Shown piece by piece: positions 1-12,390 of a stretch of 64,000 nt of DNA (the stretch's first letter is position 1; each line of letters begins with the position of its first letter). Below the pieces are notes generated by a model, which worked only from the letters and a program-made list of their open reading frames with translations, was not told the origin of the DNA and ran no database searches. A program made the position numbers and the translations under genes. Location: NCBI GenBank assembly GCA_043228905.1, contig JBHGNT010000012.1:6262001-6326000 (forward strand), in the 5' to 3' direction. Source of the DNA: Azolla caroliniana (Eukaryota > Plantae > Polypodiophyta).

Positions 1-827
1 CTAAACACAATGGGCAATGGTGGAATTATCCCGAGATTGAGACAAAACAATTCTTGAGTTATATATATGGAGAGAAAGATGATGAAGAATGTGCTGAACA
101 CAATAAAAACTTCACAATGCATGAATGTGTGGAGAATGATGATGAGATTGCAATAAGTGAAATTTGCCATGAATTGGATGCTATATTGGATGACAACAAT
201 GTGAACTCTAATGTCTCTTCATTTGTTCAAGTGGATGATAAGATTATATTTAAATCGACACTTGTAAGTCATCTAAATGGTAATCCAACATTGTCAAAGG
301 ATAGACTCACACGTGTAAGAGAAGGGGTCTTCTACTCATGTGAGAATGCAAATGATTTCCTAAATGGAAATGGGAACCTAATTGGGATTGGTTCAGATTG
401 TGCTGTATTCTTTACTGAAGAAGATGTTAATTCAACAAGACCGAAAAGAAAAGGAATATCAAATAAAAATGTTGTTTGGTACTTAGGATGAGTACAAAGG
501 ATGCAAAGAAAGATTGGAAATAAATTTGTGGAGTATAAGAGAGGAATTGACTTGATGGATAGACTTGACGATGTTCAATTACAACTTGGTTGGTATAGGA
601 AGATTAAGGGGAGTAGATTATTTGCATATGATTTGACAGATATTAAAATGGTTGACTTTGAGTCAATGATTGGATTAGCGAACCTCACATATAATGCAAA
701 ATGTGATAACTATCTGTTAGATGAAAGCGATTGTAAAGTTTTCAACGATTTTCTTTTGGAAATGAAATCCAGGTATGTATATATAAGCTGTTTTGAATTA
801 TATACTTGCATACATGTACATATATAA
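1..827 (+). pseudogene. Window-truncated coding remnant of unknown function, possibly the C-terminal part of a DNA-transposon protein
   Basis: The frame is open from the window start. ORFs 54-491 and 501-827 are in the same frame, separated by one TGA (WYLG*VQRM). A possible splice donor CAG/GTATGT lies at about 770. The KSTLVS..LSKDRLTRV motif is only weakly reminiscent of transposase C-termini. Confidence 0.35.
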
Positions 828-1904
828 TATATATTAAAGTAACTTGATATTTATGCTTTTTATTTTAACAAGAAAAGGAGAAAAGAGTAGAAACCAAATA
901 TAAACCTACAATATTCCAAATATATTTTCTGATTTCTTTACTTCCATGTATATTAAGATAATATTTACTTCCATGTATATTAAGATTTCTTGCTTTTGTT
1001 GTTACATTTTATGATACAGGTCCAATGTTGAAGATGGAAACGACATGAAATTTACAGCCTAAATGAACTTCTTAGGGTTTTCTTTTTATATACTTTGTCT
1101 TTATAAGGGTAACCTTTATTGCAATAAGTTTTTAAAGTAGATATTGCAATAACAAAATGATTTATTTTATTTCATTTTGATTTGGGTAAGAGTATGTGAA
1201 TAGATGATGTCTTACATTTCAAATGGAAATATGAAGTAGGTTGCCATTTGTTTGATCAATGTGTTTGAGAAAAAATAATATTATGACTTTATATGAGTCT
1301 ATATCCATGAAACCAAACATAATGTTAATTTGTTAGTAATTTCATTATTGATATGCATTTTGGATTGTTCCATATGTGCTCTTTGAGATGTATGTGTTAA
1401 GTTCAAGATTGTTTTATTGTAAATTACATTGTTTTTTATCACTCAATGTTCTTCATACGTCTCAATAAACTAAAAACAAAAACTTATATGTGGCTTGTAT
1501 ATGTTATACCTGTAGTGTTTTTGGGTAATGTTTCTTAATTGTGTGTACATTACTTTGTACTTTACACATTGTGTTTTCAATCTATGTGACACTTGATGAA
1601 GCATTTCTAGGAATTTGCATATGATGTTTAATGTCGATTCATAATTTTGCGAGTCATCAATTGTAAAGATGGTCATTGATCCCTTCTAGGATTGCAACCT
1701 ATATGTGCATGTATATTTTATATGTAAGGGTATTTAAAATGGGTGGTTATCAAAAAATATATTGGTAATAAGGGGTGTTTTTATTAATCTTTTTTCTACA
1801 CAAGGGTTACTAAAATAGTAAAAACCATACGTATAAGGGGTTTATAAATGATGTCATGAACGCATGTGATACAACCTTCTTATGTATAGTGGAGTCCCCG
1901 AGGT

Positions 1905-3091
1905 AGCATCCAACTAGCTAAGAACCCCGTCTTCCACGCCCGGACTAAGCACATTGAGGTGCACTACCATTTCGTCTGTGAGCGTGTCCTCTCTAGTGCA
2001 GTCGAACTTCAGTATGTTCTGACGGATCGGCAGAACGCCGACATCTTCACCAAGCCTCTTGGTCTGGACAAGTTGCAGCAATTCTCGGGTGCGCTTGGGT
2101 TGCGTCACCTCGACGTGCCGAACTTGAGGGGGAGAGGTGTCCATGATGACCATGGAAGGGAGTAGGAAAGGAGCGGAAAAGACCGTGATGCCGAGTCAGA
2201 TGACGAATTCAATTTCAGATCGGCTGAAGAATCCAAGGGCGGATCCGTGGAAGAGTCTGAAAGCGGACATAAGGGGAGCAGCCGAAAAGAAGAGCCGAAG
2301 CCAACCAAGCGTGGGGGAGACGAAGCCATCAAGGGCGAGAAGACCGAAGACGAGTTGGAGACAGCCAACTCGGACGAGAGCGGAAACCGATCGGAGGAAG
2401 CTGAGTCGATTCATATGTTTGATTCAGATACGCTAAATCAACCAAGGGCCAAGCGGAAGAAAAGGCAACAGAAGAGGCGCCAACACCGCAACAGCAAGGA
2501 AGCTGAGAAGGGCCGTGTGAGCAGACAAGCCGACCGGAAGGGTCGAGGCACGCGGAATCGAATAGGTTGAGGAGCGCAAGCGAGGCGTGAAGCCAGAAGG
2601 AACTGGAGCGCAGTTCCGGAAGAGTAGATGGAACCTCAAGTTGAGCTTGAGGGGGAGTGTTGAGATACAAGCTCAACATTGGCCGGATCGATTGTGCAAG
2701 CCGAGAATCGGATCGGTTGGGGCCGATCGGTTAGGCCGGATCGGTGCGTAAACCGTTACGCAAACTGGTGCGTAACGAGAAGCCGTAGCGGTGCGTAAAC
2801 CGCGAGGCCGTTGGAAAGATATTCCGCATAGGAATATATTTTGGGAGTTAGCATAGAGCTCATTTATGAGCAGTCAAGTACTGTCAGTAATTGTGTTAGC
2901 CCGATTGTCAGGGCTTGTATAAAAGGTGCTCACTGAGCACGATGTATGTACAGATTGAGTATTATTTTTGAATTTAGTTTCTTTGTGTTCTCTCAGTCTC
3001 TCCCACGTACTGTGTACATTCAAGCTCTCCATTAAACCTGCGTGTTTTCTGTGTTCGGTTTTCTACTTGCTTCCGCACATAATCTTTCACA
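1905..3091 (+). mobile_element. 5'-truncated Ty1/Copia: RNase H end, 3' spacer, PPT and 3' LTR (2658-3091)
   Basis: Translation LAKNPVFHARTKHIEVHYHFVCERV...QNADIFTKPL is Copia RNase H. PPT GAGGGGGAG 2649-2657 is followed by TGTTGAG. The LTR end ...TTTCACA at about 3091 is approximate. Confidence 0.8.
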
Positions 3092-3119
3092 AAATTTCAT
3101 GACGGCGTATATAATTTCC

Positions 3120-3480
3120 AACACTTCACCCTATTTCATGGAGTAGTTTCTTTCGATTGAATTGAGTTGGTGGATGTAGAATGTAATGAAGTGTAGCTTA
3201 CCATCCCCTTGTTGAGCAAGGACTGCTCCAACCACATAGGAAGAGGAATCCATGTGGACATTGAATTCCTTATCCAAACTGGGTGACCTTAGAATGGGTA
3301 CATGGGCCAATCATTCCTTAATGATTATGAATGATTTTGTGCATTCATTAATCCATGTGAACTCTGCAATTAACATCTGGAAATGTCTCGCTTTCTGAAC
3401 AAACATTTTGATAAACCTCCTATAATATGCCCATAAACCCTTGTAGTTGTTTCTCGTTGGTTAGGGGTGGCATATTCAAT
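3120..3480 (-). pseudogene. Degenerate Gypsy RT/RNase H fragment
   Basis: The minus strand reads VHMDSSSYVVGAVLAQQGDG (DAS..GAVL-type RNase H motif) and KQLQGFMG, with many disruptions. Confidence 0.55.
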
Positions 3481-3764
3481 ATGAGTTTGACGTTAGCTTT
3501 ATTGATGGAAATGTCATCCTTTGACACAAGAAGTCAAACTGCAACAAAGGTAATCTATTTAGGATTCTAACCAATTTCATAATTTTGAAGCAAAGATGTG
3601 TTCTCTGCCTTTTTGGTATGTGCTTAATATTGTCGTGGTGTTTGCTCACACATGAGCATAACATTTCTCACAAAGAAGACAACATGAATGTCCCCTGCAT
3701 GTAATAATGTGGAGCAGTTAACATTCAATAATGGGGTCTTGCTAGGGAACAAAAACATGTATGT

Positions 3765-4441
3765 TGTAAGGATTTCGGTCCCTCCGGATGGGATGTGAGT
3801 ACCCGACAAGGGAAGACCTGGTGAGAACCGGTTGATGAGTACACGGCAAAGGAAGACCCGGTATGAACCGGATGATGTAGGCCCGGTGAAAACCTCTCAC
3901 CGGATAAAGGGACATATATGTAAATATGTTCCAGAGAGCCCATTGGGGCTATATTTGTAAATAGCCCAAAAGTCATATTAGTATAAATATGACCTAGGGC
4001 AAACTCTTGGTGTGTGTGTATCATAGTTGTTGGTCATTCTTTGTTGTCATTTTTGGTGTAACTGTTGTACAGAGCGTAACAGAGGAGAATGTGTGATACA
4101 GAGAGATTCTCTGTTGTAATCGCCACCAAGCGAAGAGAGTGAGCACGAGGTCGTTGCCTCTGTTCCTCCCCCCCCCCCCCGGTTGTATTCTTTTGATATA
4201 GTGATAGTTCGGAGTCTGTGGGCTCCCGTGGTTTTTTCCCTTTCAGGGTTTTCCACGTTAACATCTTGTGTACTCTCTTGTTACAGTGTTTTGTGTATAC
4301 GTACATCTATCTCCACATTCCAATTTCTGTGTTTGTCATTCTCAATGAAGTGACTGAAGACTCGGTTGTGGCTGAGCATTATTCCGCATATTCTCGTCAT
4401 ATGTCTCGGATAGATTATGCTGACTCAAGATCTTGGTAGCA
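3765..4441 (+). mobile_element. Solo LTR of Copia type, related to the LTRs of the Copia at 24929-30349
   Basis: TG...CA ends with a perfect 5-bp TSD TATGT (3760-3764 / 4442-4446). It shares GGTCCCTCCGGATGGGA and TTTTCCACGTTAA motifs with the intact Copia LTR. Confidence 0.85.
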
Positions 4442-4514
4442 TATGTTACGGGCATGACCATAACTTATCTCGTTGTAAGTTGTACCGAAGTATTCTATGC
4501 CCATAACAACATAT

Positions 4515-5084
4515 TGTTACGGGCCACAACCGGCTTCTCGTTCGGATGTTCGGGTGTAGGGAACGTAAAATAGAATGCACTCAGACAGAGTACGAAAACA
4601 GAAATAACACAAGAGATAGAAACACACGATTTTAACGTGGAAACCCAAAATGGGAAAAACCACGGGGGTCCACAAACCCCGAGAAACAGAATCACTATGC
4701 TAAAAGGAGGAGTACAACTAGAAGCTCCGAGGCAACGACCTCAAGATTCAACTTCGTCAACAGACGGCTACGGAGTTACACACGCTCTCACTCTCACTCA
4801 CTTACTGTTACACAATTATAGAGGCAACGAACTTCTAAGTAACCCTTTTAACAACGACTCATCATCAAACTAACGTTATGATTTCCCTAAGTACTTATAC
4901 TAGTACACCTTTTGGGTTATTTACAAGTGTAGCCCATAAGGGCATATTTAGACTATTTACAAGTATAGTCTTCTAAGTTGGCTGTCTACATGATTTCGGT
5001 TTCGGCCTTGGCCTATCGGCCCCGACCGAGTTTCTCATCAACTCGGCTCTTCTCCTCCCATCCGGAGGGACCCATTTCCTAACA
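4515..5084 (-). mobile_element. Solo LTR of the same Copia LTR group, opposite orientation
   Basis: TG...CA ends with TSD CATAT/CGTAT (one transition). It ends CCCATCCGGAGGGACCCATTTCCTAACA like the LTRs ending at 25581, 55980 and 58227. Confidence 0.8.
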
Positions 5085-5089
5085 CGTAT

Positions 5090-6055
5090 CACGACAATGC
5101 AATGGTGGGGCATTTTGGGATGGCAAAACCATCTCTACTGTGGAAAAAACAAATCTTGTACTCACAAAGACCATTAAGATTCAGAAACTTTTGGATGGTC
5201 CATGGTGTTAGATCATGGACCACAATTCATCCCACATTTCTTTCTATCTCCAAAGAACTGTGACAAACTTATCCTCATCGTTCTATCCATAAACTAATGG
5301 TCAAACAAAATGAGTGAATCAAGTCCTTAAACAATATCTCTTACAAGATGACTGGGTAAAATTCATGCCATTAGATGAGTTCTCTTACAACACCACCTTA
5401 GAATCTTAGACCAACACAACACCCTTCACCAATTATGGTTTCCATCCACAATTTATCGACAATATACTTAAGTTTGATGAATCCATTTGCAAACTAGCAA
5501 GCACTCATTGCAACCTAGTGCACAAACTTGCCAAGGATCAAGAATGATATCGAGAGCAGGATGATCAGGGTTAGGTTGCATCACTCAACTTCAAGATTAG
5601 TGAAGAGGTATACCTTTTGTGTCGACACATTGCCACAACCCAACATTGCATCAAATGAGATCACAAAGATTTGAACCCTTCCACATCTCTGAATTGGTTA
5701 TAATGGCCTACTGACTCACCCTACAAACCCATAGATTCCGAATCCACAACATATTTCAAATGATCCTCTTGGAGTCATATTATGTATCTATGGTTCCTAA
5801 TTACCTATTAAATAGCCTCCAACCATACAACTTGAGGACTTGGAAGAGCACAAAATCGAAGAGATCTTGCAATCAAAGAAAATATTTCTCTTGGCTCCAT
5901 TAATTTGTCTTATGAAAAGGTTATCCATTATTGGAGGCCACTTGGGAACCCAAAGTCTACCTCACCAATGCATTGGATGCACTCCATGAATTCCATCACC
6001 ATTATCCACGCAAGCCCTCTCTGACTAGAAGCCAACAATAAGAGGAGGGGATGAT
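5090..6055 (+). pseudogene. Decayed chromovirus (Gypsy) integrase plus chromodomain and PPT
   Basis: Remnants HDNAMVGHFGMAKT, DHGPQF, YP*TNGQT..VNQVLKQY, chromodomain-like EHKIEEIL...KGYP..EATWEP, and a purine tract AAGAGGAGGGGA at about 6040-6051. Confidence 0.65.
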
Positions 6056-6881
6056 GCCACAATGACATCTAACTTATGTAAAGAGTTAAAGAGGGTGTGT
6101 TATTATAAGGTTGAGAGAGTGTGGGGATATGTGGGTTTACTATATATATGCTCTAAGTTCACATCTTAATTCATTCATAACTTATCGATTGTATAAAAGG
6201 GTATTTTCACCGAGGGTGCTCCTCAAGAAGATCAAGACATGTCATTGCATACGAGCTTCTTATTTTGTTCCCATATCTTATTCTATGACATCTATCATAG
6301 TCCAAAACTTGATTCAAAGTTTGAAAATTTCAAACTATTATGGTTTCTAAGTAAAAAACAATTCTAGTTATTTTTGCAAGTGGTTGCGAAACATGGGCTA
6401 AACAAATAAGGACTTGAACTAGAGATGATGGCATGACTTGAGTATTGTGTTTATGTGTTTATCTTGTATGTCTATTATGTTTGTGTTTATATATTTTGAC
6501 ATGTAGGTTCAAGTAGTGATGTGAGTGTTTAACAATTTCCAAATGAATTATGATCTTTGTGTATATTTACATGTGCAAGGTTTGTTGGGATACTAAGGCC
6601 ATTTGGGAAGGAGGTGTTTTTCTTTCATTCATTTTGGGAAAACGTAATGTGGAAGGGGGAAAAGTGTAAGAGAAGGAAAAAAATGAAAGGTAGAGTAGGT
6701 GATGTAGCGCTTGCTGACATCAACCAACGTCACTTGAAGTAGATGTTGGTGTCAGTTGGTTGGGACAAGTTGGACGAACGCAGTTGCAACAATTGCTACA
6801 GAAGCCCCTCAAGTGTCTCTTCCCCAACCTCTTCTTTGTTCATCTTGATTGCTTGCCAACGAACAAAAGAGAGGAGCACGT

Positions 6882-8204
6882 TGCCGTGAAAATCTGTCAC
6901 TATGTGCGGATCGTGAGACGGAAGCGTCGGGGTTCTGGACTAGAAGGATTTAGTGCAACACGTACAACACAAGCAAGTTTTAAGCATAAGACAAGTGGAA
7001 GAGACAAATCATTAGTTTATTGCAAAAGAAAATCAATTCTTTATAATTTCAGAATTGTGTTACAATGGGTTGGGTATGGAAATGAGAGATTAATATTTCA
7101 AAGAAAGGAGCCAACAACCATGCAAGGAGTGGTTCGATATGAATACGGGAAGGAGGAAGAGGGAAAAAAAAACTAGGAGGGAAAAAATGGGACATATATC
7201 GAGCTCCTTGTTGATCCTCCCCCCCAATGTTACTTTGCATGCCCACTTTTAGTTGGATGGCCTCTATTTTTAGTTGCATGGCCTCTACTTTTAGTTGCAT
7301 GCTTCCATTTTTAGATGCATGCCTTTTTCTTTTAGTTACATGGCCTTGGCTTTTGATTGCATGTGTCTATCCGTATGTGCATCGCAACCAAACCATAAAC
7401 GCGTCTGCGCGCAAAAGTCCCGACCACGTAGTGTACGCATCCACGCGCGCGCGTCCAACCTGCACCGTGTACGCATACGCGCGCAAAAGTCTCGATCGCG
7501 TCGTAGTGTACGCATCCGCGCGCAAAAGTCTAGACCGCGCCGTAGTGTACGCATCCACGCGCAAAAGTCTTGATCGCGTCATAGTGTACGCATCCACGCA
7601 TGCACGCGTGCGCACACACGCACCCGTCCAAAACTTGCACATGCACGTACATAAACGTCCATGCATGCGTATGTTCGAAACGTCCACGCAGTCGTGCACG
7701 CGTAGGCCACACACACGTCCACGCGTTCATCCGCACAGACGCGCCCGTCGGAAACATCCACGCGTACGCCCAAAACTTGCACATGCACGTACATAGACGT
7801 CCATGCACGTGTACGTTCGATACGTCCACACGGCCGTGCATATACGCGTACGCCCAAAACATCAACACAGCCGTGCATACGCAACTTGCACACCACATAA
7901 TGTAGTCCATGTCACCTTAAACATTTTATGCTCCACACATTGATAGAATGAATATGTTTTGGTTTTTGTTATATATCCTGGGTTCCAATGTTGTCCTATC
8001 TATGTGGGATATCTCACAGTTTTGTCTTTTCTTTCTTCTTCTTCAAACTTTACACTCACATAACTTGATACTTGTTTATCTGTTTCATGCATAGTAAAAT
8101 ACGATATGAAACTCTTGAAGACATTTATCTATATCAATACATTAAGCTAATCTTAATTAATTGTTTTACTAAGTTTCATATCGTGTGTGAAAAACCACAC
8201 GACA
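6882..8204 (-). mobile_element. Solo LTR related to element F LTRs, with a CpG-rich tandem-repeat core
   Basis: Starts TGCCGTGAAAATC and ends CACGACA. The first ~70 bp and last ~290 bp align by eye to the F LTR. The 4-bp flanks are ACGT/ACGC. Orientation is inferred from F. Confidence 0.8.
7395..7890. repeat. CpG-rich minisatellite inside the solo LTR (~39-bp units, then longer duplicated units)
   Basis: GTAGTGTACGCATCC...GCAAAAGTCT recurs at about 7428, 7503, 7542 and 7581. AAAACTTGCACATGCACGTACATA occurs twice. Confidence 0.8.
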
Positions 8205-8249
8205 ACGCATCATTCACCTTCACTCTCCCTCTTCATGGTCTAAACCCTT

Positions 8250-8900
8250 TTTTCTTTCAAGGGTCGTGTTCCCACAAGATCTATGTGTCCTTTTTGTACA
8301 AATCTAGTGGAGACTATTAAGCATTGCTTGTGGAGTTGTGATTTGCAATGGAAATATGGAAAAGAATCGTATCATTGTTGATACTTGTATATCCTCAAAC
8401 GGTGTATACATGGGGGGTTGTATTATGGGCAATGACACAAGATCAACTAATGGTATATGAAGAAGAGGATGTTGTAGATGCTCTTGATATGAGAGATGGT
8501 TTGATGCAAAATATACAATTATACCTCTAAATCCACATATAGAGACTGGAAAACTTGAAATATGGGAATTAGTAAGTAGTATCACAATTTGGTATATTTG
8601 GAAGGCCAGATGTTTGAAGGTATTCCAAAATTTGACTGAAGACAAACAAATAATTTCAGGAATTTGGATAAAGATTATACATAATCTCATAGGTTCCTTG
8701 GATAACATAAAAGGCAATACGCAATAGGCAAAGTTACAACGATTGGAGTTTCATGCCATATGGGACAAATGAATATTTTATAGATGGATTTTTAACAAGG
8801 TGGAGTGGTTCTACTCTACATTTGAGTATTTATTTAAACCGATAGTTAGAACTTAGCACGGGGGTCATTACCTATATGTATATATTTTGTGTACAACCTT
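8250..8900 (+). pseudogene. LINE (L1-like) ORF2 C-terminal remnant
   Basis: IWELVSSITIWYIWKARCLKVF at about 8560-8625 is typical of the region after the zf-RVT of plant L1 ORF2. The frame is disrupted. Confidence 0.6.
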
Positions 8901-9706
8901 ATGGCATATCTTTCTTGGGAAAAAAAAGATCAAGAAACCGAATTAGCTATAAACAGAATGAAATGTCGACTTTGTTACATGGATTGGCTAGAATAGTAAT
9001 AGGCAAGATAGAGATATTATAACATTAAGGAGAAAAGTTTCAGGTGGAAATCCTTGAGTTTTGAGGCAACATAACAACAATTTGACGGTCATGTCACATC
9101 TTGTCAATGATGGTTTTGCACGCTCTCTTGATTCACTATCCTAAGGTTAAACGAAATTTTGGCATTGCTTTCACATTGAACAAAATTAAATTGCTAAAAA
9201 ATGAGCCATATTGTGTCTTTTATGGTTTCTTGGAGCTCCTCTTATAAATAATAATAATAACCTCCTCTTTTAGCATGCACCACGTTTTTCCCCTTTTACA
9301 TGCGCCTATCTTTACCTTCCCAATGCACTACGTGTGAGCAAAATGTTGATCGTCACGTCCATCCATTCATACATGCTTTACTAAAGTAACCCATTAAAGC
9401 CCACATATCCACTTTACATAAGATTTGAACCCTTCGTCGTAAGGTTTGAAGAGTAAGATCTTGCTAGCTATATCTTTTGACTAGTTTGAGTAAGTCATGT
9501 TATATATCCTTCTAGTTGTGCTTCAACATGTCATGATAACATGCTTATCCTTTCATAGGTGACCCAACAAAGAATATTCTTTAATCATAGTGTACAACTA
9601 GAAATTTGTCTTAGTTTGCATATAGATATTTGTGTCATGGGTATGGACACTACTTTGGCCAAATTTGAGGCATTTTCACTTAACCAAAAGTCACTTTAAA
9701 GATAAC

Positions 9707-10146
9707 AATCGGCAACAGTTCGGTTCAAGCGTGTTCAAACCAAATCGTTTAAAAAGTTTGAAACTTGAACCAAACCATGAAACCATTTAAACTGAACCGT
9801 TAGGTAAATATTCAAACCGTTAGCAGCTAGCCCATTAAACCACTAAAACCGTGGTTTCCTGGTTTGGTTTCAGTTTTAAACTTAGGTCAAAATTCAAATT
9901 TTAAATTTTCAAAATTTTAAAGATTTTTCTAAAATGTGAGAATTAGGCTTAAAAATGAAAAGGTTGTTAAAAAAAAATTGTAAAAAATTAAAATGATTTA
10001 AAAACCATCAAACTGTTTTAACTTGGTTTCAAACCGTTAAAACTGAACTGAACCAAACCGTTTTTAAAAACTTGAACTTGAACCAAACCCAACCGAACCA
10101 TTTAAACTGTTAAGCCGCGGTGGTTCGAACCGAATTGTTGCCGATT
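9707..10146. mobile_element. MITE-like non-autonomous DNA transposon (hAT-like)
   Basis: 20-bp terminal inverted repeats AATCGGCAACAGTTCGGTTC / GAACCGAATTGTTGCCGATT (1 mismatch), many subterminal AACCG/AAACC motifs and an AT-rich core. No TSD was recognised. Confidence 0.65.
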
Positions 10147-10554
10147 AGTATTTATAGATTTGAGAATCACAATATTTAGAAACTCATACTAGTTATGTAA
10201 ATGTGTTAGTCAATCAATCATGGCATTTATTATACTCTATCATAGTGATGAGACTTGAGGATCATGAAGAAATACATCTAATCTCTCCAAAAGTGTGGTT
10301 GTGACAAGGTTGTGGATATTCCTAGAGCTAAATGTGAAACCGTTATACTGAACGGAGACATGCATATCTACACAAAGAGCATAGTTGGTGATGTTAGATG
10401 ATGAAATTACGTTTCTTAGTATAAGACATGACTTCCATTTAATTTCCTTGTGATATCCATTGGTATATTCTCTCTCCTTTTTTCAATGAATTTTCTTTTC
10501 TTTTCTTTATTGTATAAGAACAGTTTTGGGCCTTCCTTCTTTGTTTTTCTCACA

Positions 10555-11580
10555 TACGTTGACTTGATCAATGATTAGGTAGTTGTAATCTTCTTATATG
10601 TGTACAAGGGACGAATATCGCTATATTTTAATTTGATCAATGGTCATGTAGTTGTAATCTTCTTACATATTTACGAGGGATGAATATCTATATATTTTAA
10701 CTTGATCAATGGTCATGTTGGTCTAATTTTCTTACACGTTTAGGAAGGACAAATACTTGTACTTTTTAACTTGATGAGGGGTCATGTAGATGTAATCTCT
10801 TACATGTGTACAAGGGAGGAATATCTATATATTTTAAATCGATCAATTATCATTTAGTTGTAATATTCTTACATTTCTATGAGGAAAAAATATCAATATA
10901 TTTTTACTTCATCAATGGTCATGTAGTTGTAATTTTCTTACACGTTTACAAGAAACTAAATATGCTAACTTGATCAGTGATCATGTAGATGTAATCTCAT
11001 ACATGTGTACAAGGGACGAATATCCATACGTTTTAACTTGATCAATGATCCTTTAGTTGTAATATTCTTACATTTCTATGAGGAACAAATATTAATATAT
11101 TTTTACTTGATCAATGGGCATGTAGTTGTAATTTTCTTACACATTTACAACAAACTATATATGTTGATTTGATCAGTGATCATGTAGATGTAATCTCTTA
11201 CATGTGTACAAGGGACGAATATCTATATAGTTTAACTTGAACATTTTATCTATAAGGAACATATATTAATATATTTTTACTTGATCAATGGTCATGTAGT
11301 TGTGATTTTCTTACACGTTTACAAGAAACTATATATGCTAACTTGATCAATAATCATGTAGATGTAATCTCTTACATGTGTCCAAGGGACGAATATCTAT
11401 ATATTTTAACTTGAACAATGATCATTTAGTTGAAATATTCTTACATTTCTATGAGGAATAAATATTAATATATTTTTACTTGGGTCAATGGTCATGTAGT
11501 TGTAATTTTCTTGTACCTTTACAAGAAACTATATATGCTAACTTGATCACTGATCATGTAGATGCACTCTTCTTACACAC
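10555..11580. repeat. Tandem satellite, ~62-69-bp monomer, about 16 copies, with ~200-bp higher-order period
   Basis: ACTTGATCAATGGTCATGTAGTTGTAAT..CTTACA recurs every 62-69 bp. Three monomer variants cycle (about 10770, 10970, 11170, 11345, 11545). Confidence 0.9.
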
Positions 11581-12019
11581 ATTATCTCCATTAATGTATC
11601 CACTAATCAATCATGGCATCCTATAATATATGTATTCGATCCAAATATATGGTTGGTTGTCCCTCGCACATTCATAATAAAAGAAAATAATGAAGAACTC
11701 TAAATACCCCCAACTATTCCTTTATTTCCCTAAATGCCCTACATTTTTGTTATTTCTGCAAAATTAATACCCTTGTTTAGTTGCTTTCTTGAGTAATTAT
11801 AAGGTTACTTTTTTTTTCCTGAAAAAATATCCTCCATTGGTATTAAAATGAAAGTGGCCAGAGGCCATGTACAAAATAGCTAATATTACTTCGAATATTG
11901 TAAAGCCATGCTGAATGACTCTAGCTAGTCTTTCTAGGTAAGATAAGTAAGAAAAAAACCCCTCGCCAATCTTTATAGGCAAAGAAATTACAATGATGCC
12001 ATACCATTATCCAAATCAG

Positions 12020-12390
12020 AGAAATGCCCATGCTTTGCATTTGTTCAAATGAATCGAGTGCTTTGTGGCCTTGTCCATGCTTGACATATGTTATAATGAG
12101 TGCATTCCAAGTTATTCACATCTTGAAAAACAAGCTTTTCTAGCACTTCCTTGGTTGTTCCAAACCTACCACATTTGTCATACATGTCCATCGAAGCATT
12201 GCCCAATACCATCATATCATTATCCACAAGAGCCATATCCGCAATGTCACCGTGAATTTATTTTCCCTTGTCAATAGCTGCTACACTTCCACAAGCCTTT
12301 GCTACGGCAAGCTAGGAGACCACATGTAAAGGTAAAAACAATCTCCAGCATGTAAAAACAAGTCCATTTTATCATGATTGCATTCCAAAT
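12020..12390 (-). pseudogene. PLS-class pentatricopeptide repeat (PPR) gene fragment
   Basis: Frameshifted AIDKGK*IHGDI..LVDNDMMVLGNASMDMYDKCG...EVLEKL..QDV..WNALIT.YVKHGQGHKAL matches the plant PLS-PPR consensus (GNALVDMYAKCG, WNALI). Confidence 0.7.

Noticed and set aside
1720-1850. Possible Mutator-like TIR pairing with about 11690-11830
   Set aside because: Only compositional resemblance; I could not align an inverted repeat or find a 9-bp TSD.
7227-7910. Several ORFs across the CpG minisatellite
   Set aside because: They are open only because the repeat lacks stop codons.
9415-9475. Minus-strand SINE/tRNA-like B box (GGGTTCAAATC)
   Set aside because: Too degenerate, with no convincing A box, tail or TSD.
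10555-11580. CRISPR-like array
   Set aside because: The units are contiguous degenerate monomers with no unique spacers, the context is eukaryotic, and there are no cas genes.
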